Below, in pieces: positions 1 to 10,621 of a DNA stretch of 64,000 nucleotides. The position numbers were made by a program, and so were the translations under genes. The notes under the pieces were generated by a model. The model made no database searches and was not told the origin of the DNA. It worked only from the letters and a program-made list of their open reading frames with translations. Location: positions 160,001 through 224,000 of the IMG/VR virus record IMGVR_UViG_3300028591_000076; one strand, given 5' to 3'. How positions within the stretch are numbered: the first letter of the stretch is position 1; each line of letters opens with the position of its first letter. The stretch is from a virus. Its lineage: Duplodnaviria > Caudoviricetes.

Positions 1-532
1 TCTGCTTACTATTTTCCATAGCCTGATTACTATCAGCTTTTGCATTATTAGCATTATCTACATTACGCTGCGCATTAACATTGCCATCACCACCAACACC
101 AAGAACATTTATACTACAAAGAATATATTCTAGGGCTTCTACTGTGTCTTTATATGTTATATTGCCACTATCAAATGCCTTATTCCATGCGTCAAGCTTA
201 GCTTTTACATTTGCTTGGCTCCAATTGTTCATAATATTTTTATATGAAGCCTTACCCGCTTTACCAGCCTGCTGTATCATTTTATTACCATCTTTTTCAG
301 CCTGCTGCGTTGCTTGTAATGCTTGAGTTCTAGCATTAGCTTGAGCTTTTTGCTTAGCTGTAATAGCGAAAGAATTTCTAACATCATTTACAGCGTTTTG
401 AGCAGCATGCTTTATAGCAGTTCCAGCATTTTGAACAGCATTAGTAATAAAATTTTCATCCAAGTTCTCTCTAGACTCATTAAGATTATTTGAGCTAAAG
501 AGAACACTTAATATTTGTTCTCTTTTATCCAT
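1..532 (-). CDS. Partial ORF (runs off the left edge), Ala/Gln/Asn-rich putative virion-internal protein
   Basis: Not in the ORF track. ATG at 532 and open to position 1 (MDKREQILSVLFSSNNLNESRENLDENF...). LNE/LDE motifs resemble prohead-protease sites; co-oriented with the head operon. Confidence 0.7.
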   Translation of the reverse strand, partial: MDKREQILSVLFSSNNLNESRENLDENFITNAVQNAGTAIKHAAQNAVNDVRNSFAITAKQKAQANARTQALQATQQAEKDGNKMIQQAGKAGKASYKNIMNNWSQANVKAKLDAWNKAFDSGNITYKDTVEALEYILCSINVLGVGGDGNVNAQRNVDNANNAKADSNQAMENSKQ

Positions 533-537
533 TTTAC

Positions 538-978
538 TTATGCCTCAGTAGCTACATTATTATCTTCACTTTTAGCCTTTTTTACTTCATCCTTAAACTC
601 AGACTTAAGTCCAGATTTATCAATGCCATCAAGATTATCCAATTTGCCATCCTTTGACTTTATCATAATCTCTGTCATCTTAGAAATAACTTTAGTATCC
701 TCTAAGTCCTTTAAGTATTTTCTAGTACTCTTAATAGACTTTTTAAGCTTAGGAGTAATTTTATTTATATTCTTTCCAGCTGCAGACTCTACCTTAGGTA
801 AATCAGTTTTTACCTTTTTAGTAAGTCTATTAACCTGTCTAATTTGGCTTTTTAATACACCAGTAATCTGAGCTTCAGTCATTCTTGATAAAGCTTCAAC
901 TAGTTGAGTCTCATTAAGATTACTCATAGTCTCTAGTAATTCATCATAATATTGTTCTTGCTCTTCTATCTTTGTCAT
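538..978 (-). CDS. Hypothetical Lys-rich protein, probable head/virion component
   Basis: 146-aa ORF with AGAGG RBS, in the operon downstream of the prohead protease; N-terminal LLE/LNE/LVE motifs. Confidence 0.6.
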   Translation of the reverse strand: MTKIEEQEQYYDELLETMSNLNETQLVEALSRMTEAQITGVLKSQIRQVNRLTKKVKTDLPKVESAAGKNINKITPKLKKSIKSTRKYLKDLEDTKVISKMTEIMIKSKDGKLDNLDGIDKSGLKSEFKDEVKKAKSEDNNVATEA

Positions 979-995
979 CAGTTTTTACCTCTATA

Positions 996-3701
996 TTAAA
1001 AGCCTGCTTTAGCTCTAGCTATATTATAATTCTCAGCATTGTTAGCTGCTACTGTGCCCCATTGGCTCATACCGCTAGATAAATCTTGTGCTCTATTTGC
1101 AAAGTCTACAGGAATATTTTTACCAGCTTGTAATGTACCAAGATTTACGTCTGATATTCTAGTAAAGAGATTAGCATCTTTAGGAGATAAAATAGTATCT
1201 GCAGTCATTGTTGTCTTATATTTACTAAATATATTTTTTAATAACTGTTGCTGCGTTGCCTGGTCTGTTACACCACTATCAGTTATTAACTTCTGAACTG
1301 CACCTACAGTAAATTTACTATCTGCACCATTTGTAGTTCCTAAGTCATATAATCCAGATACAATTTTTCTACTAGTAGCATCATCTACTATATTATCAAC
1401 TTTATCATATACTGAGCCTTTGATATTTTTACAAACATCCGCAAAAAGCTCACCTTGCTGAGAATGGATATCGCCCATCATCTTATTAGCCCTTGTAATA
1501 CCTTCGCTGGCTTTAGCTATAGCATTATATGCTTCTATCTGAGCTTTACCATCCGCTGAGTTATTTATTACTCTTAATGCATATATAGCTTTTGCTTGGT
1601 CGTCTGCTGTGCCATGTGCCATTACATTAGCATACCAACCACCATCCGCAGCCCATTTATTTGCCATTTCTCTAGCTTCTGCTTCTGGCATATTTTTCAA
1701 GTCTTCAAGTGTTGGAATTTTTTCCATTAACTCATCTGTATGAGCCTCTATAATATCTTGTTGAACAGCTTGTGCAGCTAATTCAGCTTCTTCTTTAAAT
1801 GCTTTAGAAGTAGAATTTATTACATTCTGTAATTCACCAGATGTAGTCTTATTATGCCATAAATCATTTAACTGTCTATTGTATAATTCAGGATTTGATT
1901 TATACACATTAAGCGCATTTTCCTGAGTATCGAGTAAGCTCTTCTTTGCATTTAATGCGTCTAGAGTTTTTATTGAATTTACAGAATCTGTCTGGTCAAT
2001 ATTAGCAATTTGATTATCTATTGCTGCTCTTTCCTGTTCAAAATTTATTTTTGATAGATTATCAGGCGTAAACATATTAAATGTTTGTAAATTATTAATA
2101 TCAACTCTTAAGCTCTTAAATCCAGAATAAGCTGCAAGTGCGCCAAATCCAGCACCAATTATTCGTACCATACCAGCTTTAGGATTTCCATCTTGAAATT
2201 CCTTAACAGCTTTTTTAGCATTAAGCGCAGCGGTAGTAATACCACCTGCCATACGTAAAGAGTGAGCTGCCATTTGTAATGGAAGACCTACTGCTTGAAC
2301 GCCTGGTATAAAGGAAGCTATTGTTACTATAGTGGATGCAATTCTGATATACTTCTGTAATTTTTCCATATCAGATGGCAATAAGCCCACATTTGTTGCT
2401 TCTTTTACTAAAGCATTATATGCTACTAATAATTTCGCATACTTATATATACAGTCTCTCCAAACATCGATATCTTGCTCAGTTTTAAAGTTAGCCTTAA
2501 ATGTATTTGCTAAAGCCATTACCTGGCTGGGATCGCCATTAACAAGATTATTTAGGGCTTCTTCATCCTTTAATGACTGCTCTATTTCTGACTTAAGCTC
2601 TGCATATTTTGGATCAGTATAGTAACTCTCTAATTCTTGCTTTAGTGCCTCATTGTCTTTTATAAGCTCTAATGACTCTTCGGATACAATTCCTTTTAAC
2701 TGCTGCTCATTCTTAATATTTTCTATATCCGTATTTATTACAGCTCTATAAGTATTAAGAATACTTGCTTCTTCTGTTACTAAAGCCTCTTTTTGCATTG
2801 ATATTCTTGCTATTTCTTCTGAATTTCTAGACTGAATAGCATTTGAATAAAGCTTATTTATTTCCAATGCTTTTAATTTATGTATGTAATACTCTCTAAA
2901 AGCATTTTCTTTATCTTCTCTAATTTTATCTAGCTCGTCAGACTCTGCTACTTCTGTGCCTGTAGACTCTGCATTAGCCTCTTCATCATTATTTGCAGCT
3001 TCCCAGTCTTCTGCTATTTCTACCTTAGCTATTAAATCATCGAATTCTTCTACAGATGATAATTGTAAATTTAATTCTTTATTAAGTCTACTAAATTCAT
3101 CAATAATTAATGCTTTAGCTGAAGCCTGCTCCTCAGTTATATTATTAACGCCATCTGCACCTGTTCCAGTTACGTTATTTCGCATAAGTGCGTTATAGGT
3201 AGACTTTAAGCTATTATACTGATTAAGTAAGTCTGGGTCTTTCTTAAGTGCGTCTTTAAGAATAGCTACTTTATCATCATCCGACATTTGCTCTTGCGTA
3301 GCCTCTGAATTTTCCGCAGCATTTTCCGCATTTTGGTCATTAGTAGTATTATCTACCTTATCACCTATCAGCTTTGCATATATATTGATTCTATCTTTAA
3401 TGCTCTCTTTTCCGTCAACAAGGCCCGCGCATTCTCTTTCGATCTGGCTGCCATTTTTAGCGTCTCTACTAAAGCAGGTATTTAATGCATTAAAATAATC
3501 GTTGCCTAGTTTTATAGCTTTTTTAATATATTCCTTATCTTCATCAGATAAAGTTTCACCTTGTTTAACTTTATTTTCTAACTCGCGACATCTTGCATCA
3601 TAGCTTGCCCAAATAGGACCTACATCTTTTCCGTTAGCACGAATGGAAAACTCTTTAAGTTGAAAGCCTTCTTTTAAGTATTTTCTATAATCCATAGCCA
3701 T
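996..3701 (-). CDS. Large (901 aa) helical putative internal virion/ejection protein with a central hydrophobic hairpin
   Basis: Long ORF with N-terminal YLKE/LKE motifs, coiled coils and a Gly/Ala-rich hydrophobic stretch (IASTIVTIASFIPGVQAVGLPL...IIGAGFGALAAYSGF); located next to the prohead protease. Confidence 0.5.
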   Translation of the reverse strand: MAMDYRKYLKEGFQLKEFSIRANGKDVGPIWASYDARCRELENKVKQGETLSDEDKEYIKKAIKLGNDYFNALNTCFSRDAKNGSQIERECAGLVDGKESIKDRINIYAKLIGDKVDNTTNDQNAENAAENSEATQEQMSDDDKVAILKDALKKDPDLLNQYNSLKSTYNALMRNNVTGTGADGVNNITEEQASAKALIIDEFSRLNKELNLQLSSVEEFDDLIAKVEIAEDWEAANNDEEANAESTGTEVAESDELDKIREDKENAFREYYIHKLKALEINKLYSNAIQSRNSEEIARISMQKEALVTEEASILNTYRAVINTDIENIKNEQQLKGIVSEESLELIKDNEALKQELESYYTDPKYAELKSEIEQSLKDEEALNNLVNGDPSQVMALANTFKANFKTEQDIDVWRDCIYKYAKLLVAYNALVKEATNVGLLPSDMEKLQKYIRIASTIVTIASFIPGVQAVGLPLQMAAHSLRMAGGITTAALNAKKAVKEFQDGNPKAGMVRIIGAGFGALAAYSGFKSLRVDINNLQTFNMFTPDNLSKINFEQERAAIDNQIANIDQTDSVNSIKTLDALNAKKSLLDTQENALNVYKSNPELYNRQLNDLWHNKTTSGELQNVINSTSKAFKEEAELAAQAVQQDIIEAHTDELMEKIPTLEDLKNMPEAEAREMANKWAADGGWYANVMAHGTADDQAKAIYALRVINNSADGKAQIEAYNAIAKASEGITRANKMMGDIHSQQGELFADVCKNIKGSVYDKVDNIVDDATSRKIVSGLYDLGTTNGADSKFTVGAVQKLITDSGVTDQATQQQLLKNIFSKYKTTMTADTILSPKDANLFTRISDVNLGTLQAGKNIPVDFANRAQDLSSGMSQWGTVAANNAENYNIARAKAGF

Positions 3702-3718
3702 TAAATCCTAAATTAATA

Positions 3719-3742
3719 ATAGCTGGCCCGTAGGCCAGCTAT
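3719..3742 (-). terminator. 10-bp stem with UACG tetraloop downstream of the prohead protease gene (terminator or stabilising hairpin)
   Basis: Minus strand reads ATAGCTGGCC-TACG-GGCCAGCTAT. Confidence 0.6.
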
Positions 3743-3753
3743 AACCTATCAAA

Positions 3754-6120
3754 TTATTTTAAGCCAAACTTAGCAGCCATTGACTGAACTGGTGTTCTAT
3801 TCATCTTTATAGTTTCTTCTTCAAGTCTCTGCTGACGAATTGCTTTAGGATTAATTCTTGCTTCGTTTATCTTTCCAGAAATGAAAGGGAGAACTTTGAA
3901 AAATTCTCTTTGAGCTTCTGCTAATGTTTTAGCATCTCTAATTTTATGCTCAAAAGGTAAAAGAGCTTCACCAAATCTAGAAACTTGGTCTGCCCAGTAT
4001 TTTTCAATTAAAAGGCCATTTTCTTCTCTGAAGTCGATAAACTGATCAATAGATTTTCTATTTTTTGCTTCAGCATAATCATCAAGCATATTCTGAGCTA
4101 ATGATGGATTTTCATTTTCTACAGCTTCTGGAGCTTCCATAGTTACTGGAGCTTCATTGCCCATGTTAACATCTACTTTTGTAATATTCTTAACAGTAAG
4201 AGTACCATCATCATCAATATTTAATTCAACTTCGCCAGCTTCATTAATCTTCATGATAGACTCTTTAACTGCATTAACAAACTTATCTTTTTCTACGTTT
4301 GATGCTTCTTTAATTGTGCTGATAGACTCATTAAGTGCCTTATTAGCATTTGAAAGATTACTAAGCATAGAATTTGCTGCCTTAATCTTTGCTTCAAGAC
4401 GTGCATTTGCTTTTTCAAGTTTATCATTACCAGTACGATATTTTTCAATTCTTTCTGTAAGAACTTTTATTTTTGCTTCAGCAGCAGCTTTAACTTCATT
4501 TGTTGCTTTATTAGCATTATCAATTGCTTCTCTTGTGCTAACAAGTTCAGAGTCATGTGCTTTAGCAAGATTTTCTGCTCTTGTATCACGAAGCTGCATC
4601 TTAATTGTCATTTTTTCAATAGACTCTTTAAGTGCTTTATTTTCTTTTTCAGCTGTTGCAATCTTATCTTTAGCTCTTAATAATTCATGCTCAACCTTTG
4701 CTTTATTAAGGCCTTCTTCTCTTAAAGCTTTTGCTGAAAGTTCAATCTGCTCTGAAAGCTTTGCTAATTCTGATGATTCTTTCTTTGTAGACTCTTCAGT
4801 CTTTTCAAGCTCTTCAGCTTCTTTAATTGTAAGCTTAAGGTTTAAATCCTTAACGGCTGCGGAAAGAGACTCTTTAGCTGCTGAAAGATTTGCTGTTTCT
4901 TCCTCATACTTCTTTGTTGTTTCAACAAGCTTTGCATTTTCTTCTGCTAATTCTTTATTTCTTGCTGTTAAACCTTCTACAATATTCTTGTAGTTCTTTA
5001 CCTGTTCTGCAAGTTCTGCACCTTCTTCAATTACACGCTTTGTGCCTTCCTTGATTTCGTCAAGTGAGTCAACACCAAGTTCTTCCTTCATAGAAACAGC
5101 CTGTTCAACAAGTGCTTCTAATTCAGACTGTTTTGCCGCAATTTTTTCCTCAAGCTGTGCTTTAAGGTCTGGCGCTACACCTTCATCAAACATCTCGTTG
5201 ATGCTCTTAAGCTCTTTAAGCTGTTCATTAGGTGATTTCATATTATTTGTATCTTGAATAAATGCTGTTACATAATTTCTAAATGCCTTTTCCTCAACTT
5301 TTGAAAGGCATGATTTCTTTTCTTCTGACATTACTGATTCCCTCATAGTATTATTTAATGGTTCGGCAGACTCACTCATTACAGCCTGCTGCTTTGTATA
5401 TTCAATATTTCCTAATCCTGTCTGCTCATCTGCAATCTCGCCATAAACATCCTGTGAAGGATTAAGAACAACATCTGCTAATCTTTCAATTTGATATGTA
5501 TCTGGATTTACTGTTTTTCCATCTGATAAGAATTCACCAAAGCCTGATGAACTAAATCCTACACGTCCACCAGCATCAATTATCTCTTGGAACATATGTC
5601 CGAAAATACCAACAAAAGTACCAATACCATATACGATTTTTTCTACATCGTCAAGTTCCATTCCAAGCCAAACAATTGATGAGTTTCTAATAGAGCCTGG
5701 GTCATTAGATTCTGTAGGATGATCTGCTAATCCGCAGAGACCTTTCCAAGCATTCTGCTGGTTATTCATTACGTTTTCCCATAGTTTCTTTGTATAGATT
5801 CTACGGTTACCGTTTATGTTATCCCAACGGCCAATAGGAACACGATAAATTTTTCTCTCATTAAGAGAAACTCCGCGTTCACGAAGCTTTGAAATAACTG
5901 AATTAACGATACTATCGCTAATTGTTTTTGCTTCTTTGATTTGACAAATTGCGCTTTTTATTTCAGAGTCTGAAATAGAAACTGACTCATTAAGTTTATT
6001 ATCTTTAATGACGTCAGGGTTTTTATTCATTGACTCCTTAATGCTTTCTGGCGCGCTGTCAGTGATATCTGTATAGTACTTAGAGTCCATACAAACACTT
6101 TCACGTAAGAGTTGTAGCAT
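3754..6120 (-). CDS. Prohead protease (T4 gp21-like) fused to a long scaffold-like coiled coil
   Basis: gp21-type motifs NGNRRIY, GLADHP, VGFSSSGFG, ADVVLNPS; the C-terminal ~500 aa are Glu/Lys/Ala coiled coil with many (L/I/M)xE-S sites. Confidence 0.85.
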   Translation of the reverse strand: MLQLLRESVCMDSKYYTDITDSAPESIKESMNKNPDVIKDNKLNESVSISDSEIKSAICQIKEAKTISDSIVNSVISKLRERGVSLNERKIYRVPIGRWDNINGNRRIYTKKLWENVMNNQQNAWKGLCGLADHPTESNDPGSIRNSSIVWLGMELDDVEKIVYGIGTFVGIFGHMFQEIIDAGGRVGFSSSGFGEFLSDGKTVNPDTYQIERLADVVLNPSQDVYGEIADEQTGLGNIEYTKQQAVMSESAEPLNNTMRESVMSEEKKSCLSKVEEKAFRNYVTAFIQDTNNMKSPNEQLKELKSINEMFDEGVAPDLKAQLEEKIAAKQSELEALVEQAVSMKEELGVDSLDEIKEGTKRVIEEGAELAEQVKNYKNIVEGLTARNKELAEENAKLVETTKKYEEETANLSAAKESLSAAVKDLNLKLTIKEAEELEKTEESTKKESSELAKLSEQIELSAKALREEGLNKAKVEHELLRAKDKIATAEKENKALKESIEKMTIKMQLRDTRAENLAKAHDSELVSTREAIDNANKATNEVKAAAEAKIKVLTERIEKYRTGNDKLEKANARLEAKIKAANSMLSNLSNANKALNESISTIKEASNVEKDKFVNAVKESIMKINEAGEVELNIDDDGTLTVKNITKVDVNMGNEAPVTMEAPEAVENENPSLAQNMLDDYAEAKNRKSIDQFIDFREENGLLIEKYWADQVSRFGEALLPFEHKIRDAKTLAEAQREFFKVLPFISGKINEARINPKAIRQQRLEEETIKMNRTPVQSMAAKFGLK

Positions 6121-6240
6121 TATTTAATTTCTCCCATATATTGTGGCACATATTTGTAATGCCCACCACGAAGTTTTATTATTATAATTAGTTATTCGCT
6201 ATAAAAAGTTCGCTATTAAAATGGCTAATTTATAATTATA

Positions 6241-7695
6241 ATGAAATGTAAGTTTTGTGGTAGAGATTCCGATTCAGAAATTTGTCATAATTGTAAAATA
6301 CTAATGTCTAAAAAACATTTTTCTGAAAATGATATGACATTGTATATGAATAAGCCCTCAATTATAAAAATAAATAATATTGACGAGCTACAATCAAATA
6401 TACTTGTGAACTCTGATAAAATAACTTTTAACTGTATAAATTGTAAAAAAGAATATACGGGTACATTTAAGCATATAAAGCAGAAAAAAGAATTATTATG
6501 TGCACAGTGTACTCTTGAAAAAAATAATTTACAAAAGTATGGAAAGAAAAATATATTTGAGACGGATGAATGTAAAAATAAAATAAAAGAGACCAATAAC
6601 TCGAAATATGGGCATGATTATTATTTACAGACGGATGAGTCTAGAAAAAAACTACAAGATAAACAGTTTAATGATGCAAAAAATAACTTAAGCCTCAAAT
6701 TACAAAACTTTAGTGATTTTACTATACTAGATAATCTTATTAGACCAAAAGGTAAAGACGGCCATTATTATTTCGCAAAGGTTAGTTGCACTTGCAAAAA
6801 GTGCGGGTCTACTTATATAACAAATATAAGACGCGCACAAAGATGTAATAAGTGTTATCCAGAAGACTGGCTTAATGGTACATCAAAACTAGAAAAATCT
6901 ATAGTAGAATATATAAGGTCTTTTTATAATGGACAAATTATAGAAAATGATAGGTCCATAATAAGTCCAAAGGAATTAGATATATACTTACCAGAAAAAA
7001 AGTTAGCAATTGAAATAGATGGTGATAAATGGCATGGATGCAATGATATTACGTTATTCAAGGACTTATTAAAAAAGGCTGGTGAAAAGCAAACTCTATG
7101 TAATAATCTAGGCATTAGACTTATTACTATAAAAGAATGTGATTATTTAGATAGACCCGAAGTTTTTAAGCGTTTTTTAATAGATGCTATTGGTGATAGA
7201 ACTAGAATATTTGCTAGACAATGTAATATTAGAGAAATATCTAAAGAAGACGCTTATAATTTTTGTGAGTACTATCATGTAAATGGATATAGAAATGGAT
7301 CTATTAAATATGGACTTTTCTATAAAAATGACCTAGTATGCGTCGCAGTTTTTGGAAGGCATCCTAAATATGAATGGGAATGTATACGTCTTTGTTATAA
7401 AACTGGAATATCAATTATCGGCGGATGGGAAAAAATTCAAAAGCACTTTGGTAAGAAGTTCTTACATTATGTAAATCTACAATATTTTATGGGTACAAAT
7501 GTTACGGGTATAGGATTTAGATTTTTAAGAAATGGTATTATTCTATCGAGAAATACATTACAAAAAAATACTCAGATTAAGAAATACTGTAATAATTATG
7601 ATGAAAATCTAAGTGATATTGAAAATTGTATAAATAATGGATTTACTGTTATTTATGACTGTGGAAATGATAGAAGAATTTACAACACTAATTAG
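6241..7695 (+). CDS. Hef-like free-standing homing endonuclease (Zn fingers, KYG repeats, Vsr/EDxHD-type nuclease, Hef C-terminal domain)
   Basis: CxxC pairs; ELDIYLPEKKLAIEIDGDKWH; C-terminal RIFARQCNIREI...YGLFYKNDLVCV...IIGGWEK...YDCG; inserted divergently next to the prohead protease gene. Confidence 0.75.
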   Translation: MKCKFCGRDSDSEICHNCKILMSKKHFSENDMTLYMNKPSIIKINNIDELQSNILVNSDKITFNCINCKKEYTGTFKHIKQKKELLCAQCTLEKNNLQKYGKKNIFETDECKNKIKETNNSKYGHDYYLQTDESRKKLQDKQFNDAKNNLSLKLQNFSDFTILDNLIRPKGKDGHYYFAKVSCTCKKCGSTYITNIRRAQRCNKCYPEDWLNGTSKLEKSIVEYIRSFYNGQIIENDRSIISPKELDIYLPEKKLAIEIDGDKWHGCNDITLFKDLLKKAGEKQTLCNNLGIRLITIKECDYLDRPEVFKRFLIDAIGDRTRIFARQCNIREISKEDAYNFCEYYHVNGYRNGSIKYGLFYKNDLVCVAVFGRHPKYEWECIRLCYKTGISIIGGWEKIQKHFGKKFLHYVNLQYFMGTNVTGIGFRFLRNGIILSRNTLQKNTQIKKYCNNYDENLSDIENCINNGFTVIYDCGNDRRIYNTN

Positions 7696-7712
7696 GTTAG
7701 GAGATATAAAAA

Positions 7713-7976
7713 ATGATTTCTGTAAATACTAATAATGAAATATATAAAAAATATGCTAACAATCCTTTAGCAAAAGGATTATTTAATTATATCCTAACTG
7801 AATATCATGACCAGCCTGATGAGTTTCTAAGACATTATACTTCTTATCAAACAGCTGAAGAAATTTTGGATGAAGCATTTAATAGAACATCATTAGATGA
7901 TGCTAAGTTTGTAATTGATGATTTCTTTAGAGATATTATGAAAGAAAAAAATAAAGGCAGATATTACGGTATGTAA
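7713..7976 (+). CDS. Hypothetical protein
   Basis: 87 aa, AGGAG RBS, followed by a terminator. Confidence 0.6.
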   Translation: MISVNTNNEIYKKYANNPLAKGLFNYILTEYHDQPDEFLRHYTSYQTAEEILDEAFNRTSLDDAKFVIDDFFRDIMKEKNKGRYYGM

Positions 7977-7984
7977 AAAGAAAT

Positions 7985-8003
7985 GGCATCCATTATGGAT
8001 GCC
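7985..8003. terminator. Bidirectional intrinsic terminator
   Basis: GGCATCCA-TTA-TGGATGCC with A/T tracts, between convergent genes. Confidence 0.7.
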
Positions 8004-8036
8004 TTTATTTATTTCTAGCCTTATCTTTTTAGATTT

Positions 8037-8318
8037 TTATTTGAATTCCTTAAAAATATATTGATTACTATTATCATCCTTAAATATAGCAGAACGTAAA
8101 TAGTCCTCTTCTAAATCGGGCTCAATAATATCAGACAAATAAGCTTTAATAACATTTCGTTTTTCTAAATACATAAGCATCGCTGATACTGCATAACCTT
8201 TATTTGTACCTTCTAAAGTTGGTAAATCTATATTACGAAAAACATAAGTTTGATTTTTCCTAGAAATTATATTTAATTTATACATATATAAGTCTATAAT
8301 ATAACATTTTAATATCAA
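8037..8318 (-). CDS. Hypothetical protein (true start probably MYKLN)
   Basis: Last ORF of the nrd operon. Confidence 0.5.
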   Translation of the reverse strand: MILKCYIIDLYMYKLNIISRKNQTYVFRNIDLPTLEGTNKGYAVSAMLMYLEKRNVIKAYLSDIIEPDLEEDYLRSAIFKDDNSNQYIFKEFK

Positions 8319-8820
8319 GAATTAACTTTTTAATAAAACTAAAATCTTGTTGTGCTTTACTTTCAGTATTCTTTACTAAAATGCCTTTTCCTCCCATTTT
8401 AGACCATTCTTTAACTGTCTTTTCGTAATCATCAAAAAGAATATCACCCTCTTTACAATAGGCAAACTTTTCTTTTCTAGTAGCAACTACTATTACCTTA
8501 TCTCTACTAATACCATATTTCTCAAACCATTTATATTTATTCTCAGTCATTTTTTGAGCGCATTTATCATAATCTTCCACGCTATCAAAAAATGTAATAA
8601 ATTGGTCTTTTTCTGGTAAGGCTGTTAAAACCTTAGCATAAGGATATTTTAATGTTTTCCATAGAAACGTTTTCTTTGGTTTAGCATCTATAAAGGCTCT
8701 ATCCTGATAATCCCTCATTGTTATACAAACTTCTTTTGGATCAAACCTATCCTTACAGTTCGTGGTCTTTATCCAGCCTTCAAAGTCTGATAAAACACCA
8801 TCACTATCAATATAGATCAT
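8278..8820 (-). CDS. HAD-superfamily 5'(3')-deoxyribonucleotidase-like protein
   Basis: Motif I IYIDSDGVLSDF; motif IV ILFDDY; KYKW and GGKGIL typical of phage NT5C-like proteins. Confidence 0.8.
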   Translation of the reverse strand: MIYIDSDGVLSDFEGWIKTTNCKDRFDPKEVCITMRDYQDRAFIDAKPKKTFLWKTLKYPYAKVLTALPEKDQFITFFDSVEDYDKCAQKMTENKYKWFEKYGISRDKVIVVATRKEKFAYCKEGDILFDDYEKTVKEWSKMGGKGILVKNTESKAQQDFSFIKKLILDIKMLYYRLIYV

Positions 8821-9503
8821 TAGCTCTCCATAATCTTTAAAATTTCATGAATTTTTGGTGTAATATCATTGGGTAATAAACCTTTTTCAGTCATAGTTGC
8901 AAAAAGCATATACCATGTTGATTTTGTAAGGTCCTGAACATTTTTCTCAGCTTGCGTTTGTCCCTTTCCCTGATCCGGCGCTTTCTTACCAATGCGATCA
9001 AGGTATTTTAGTGAATTTCCAATAGCATAAGCTGTAGTTGCTGTAATTGGTTTGCCTCTTAAAAAATCATCAATTTTATCAATTGTCTCATACCTACCAG
9101 AATTATAATGTTCCGGCTTTGCAACCATATCTTTTGAGTTTTTATAATCATCCATAGACTTTTTAGCTTTTGGTTCTTTTACATGCTTTTTTGTAAAATT
9201 ATCAATTTCATCATCTCTTGTTAAATCTACTATAGCATTAATACTTGATGAGTCTAGCGTTGGTAATTCTTCTTTACTATTATTATTCATTGCTTTATCT
9301 AACTCCTCCTTAGGTATCTCTACTGATGGACTAGGCTTATTTTCATCTATTTCTTCTACATAATACCCAGACTTCTCAACTTTCTTTACTAAATCCTCAG
9401 GCCATTTTGATTTTTCCTGAGAAAGAGTAGACTCAATTTTTCCATCTACCCAAACCTTTTGAAATAATGTATCTGTCTTATCCCAATATTCCAACTTTTT
9501 CAA
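8820..9503 (-). CDS. DUF3310 (SaV-like) domain protein
   Basis: DMVAKPEHYNSGRYETIDKI...GNSLKYLDRIGKK...DLTKSTWY. Confidence 0.75.
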   Translation of the reverse strand: MKKLEYWDKTDTLFQKVWVDGKIESTLSQEKSKWPEDLVKKVEKSGYYVEEIDENKPSPSVEIPKEELDKAMNNNSKEELPTLDSSSINAIVDLTRDDEIDNFTKKHVKEPKAKKSMDDYKNSKDMVAKPEHYNSGRYETIDKIDDFLRGKPITATTAYAIGNSLKYLDRIGKKAPDQGKGQTQAEKNVQDLTKSTWYMLFATMTEKGLLPNDITPKIHEILKIMES

Positions 9504-9542
9504 TTTATATTATACTCCTATATATTTTTAAAAATTAACAGT

Positions 9543-10097
9543 TTAAATAAAATAATTATTAGCAATACTAACAAAATTATTTTTTATACATACTGTATCA
9601 CCATAAAAACACTTTCGGTTTGAATTAAATATACTCTTACGCGAAATCGTACCCGCAGCAATTACAGGTACTAATACAGATAAAATACAGTCTTCATCTA
9701 TTGATAAACTAATCCTCTTATTTATAGATTCAAGTCTATTGTAAGGATTGAGCGTTGGCTTAAGTATATAGTCACTAAAACAATCTCTGGCAGTCTGCAT
9801 AGCAAAAAAATTACCACTTGAGGCATTAAATAACTTTTTTATAAATTCAATACAAGTTTCACAAAAAAAATTTTCTTCAGTTGTATTAAATTCTTCAAAT
9901 AGATCCTTTACCTGAGCTTCATTTAAGTTCTTCACATAGCTAACTTCATTTATCATAAGAATTTTTGATTCTAATAGCCTTTGACCAGAAAAATTTAATT
10001 CTAGCTCTTTAATAATATCATAGCCTAAGGTCGACATAAGTCTAGAATCAATATTATCTATATACTTATAGTCTACCGGCATTATATAATCAATCAT
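9543..10097 (-). CDS. Hypothetical protein
   Basis: 184-aa ORF overlapping the nrdG stop codon. Confidence 0.6.
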   Translation of the reverse strand: MIDYIMPVDYKYIDNIDSRLMSTLGYDIIKELELNFSGQRLLESKILMINEVSYVKNLNEAQVKDLFEEFNTTEENFFCETCIEFIKKLFNASSGNFFAMQTARDCFSDYILKPTLNPYNRLESINKRISLSIDEDCILSVLVPVIAAGTISRKSIFNSNRKCFYGDTVCIKNNFVSIANNYFI

Positions 10098-10602
10098 ATG
10101 ATATATCCCGTTCTATTTTTCCATCCTTAAGCAAAAGAACCCTCTGATTAGATGATCCACGTAATTTAAGTCTAGTATCTCTTAAAGATTCTATATAAGG
10201 ACCATCTATTAAATATTTTACATGACTTAAAATATAATTTATATTATCATCCTGTTCAGCTATTAGTTCTTCATATGTAGAACCAGACCATATATAAATT
10301 ACTAAATCTGGAATAGCCTCAAGAACTTTTTTTATAATATATGCACAATCTTCCCTATTTTCCTTCATAAAGGGCTCTCCGCCCAAAATAGAAAGGTCTC
10401 GCTTAACATTATTTTTTGTCAATGCGCTCAAAATATCATTAACTACATCATCATTATCTCTTATAGGCGCTTTTGTAACATCCCATAATTCGCTGTTCTG
10501 GCATCCACTACAAAAGTGGCAACAGCCAAAAAACCATAAAGATACACAAATACCAGAAACACTATCAGCTATATCATTCTCTAACAAATTTGCAAAATTC
10601 AT
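10090..10602 (-). CDS. nrdG: Anaerobic ribonucleotide reductase activating enzyme
   Basis: Radical SAM CxxxCxxC (CCHFCSGC), LGGEP, LIDGPY, LRGSSNQRV. Confidence 0.95.
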   Translation of the reverse strand: MNFANLLENDIADSVSGICVSLWFFGCCHFCSGCQNSELWDVTKAPIRDNDDVVNDILSALTKNNVKRDLSILGGEPFMKENREDCAYIIKKVLEAIPDLVIYIWSGSTYEELIAEQDDNINYILSHVKYLIDGPYIESLRDTRLKLRGSSNQRVLLLKDGKIERDISYD

Positions 10603-10621
10603 ATTATTAATAATAACAAAG

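Noticed and set aside
4157-4993. 278-aa plus-strand ORF and other short antisense ORFs (81, 515, 1039, 2332, 35575, 40572, 62521, 62753 etc.)
   Set aside because: Shadows of real opposite-strand genes: Ser/Leu/Phe-rich mirror of Glu/Lys codons, with no RBS.
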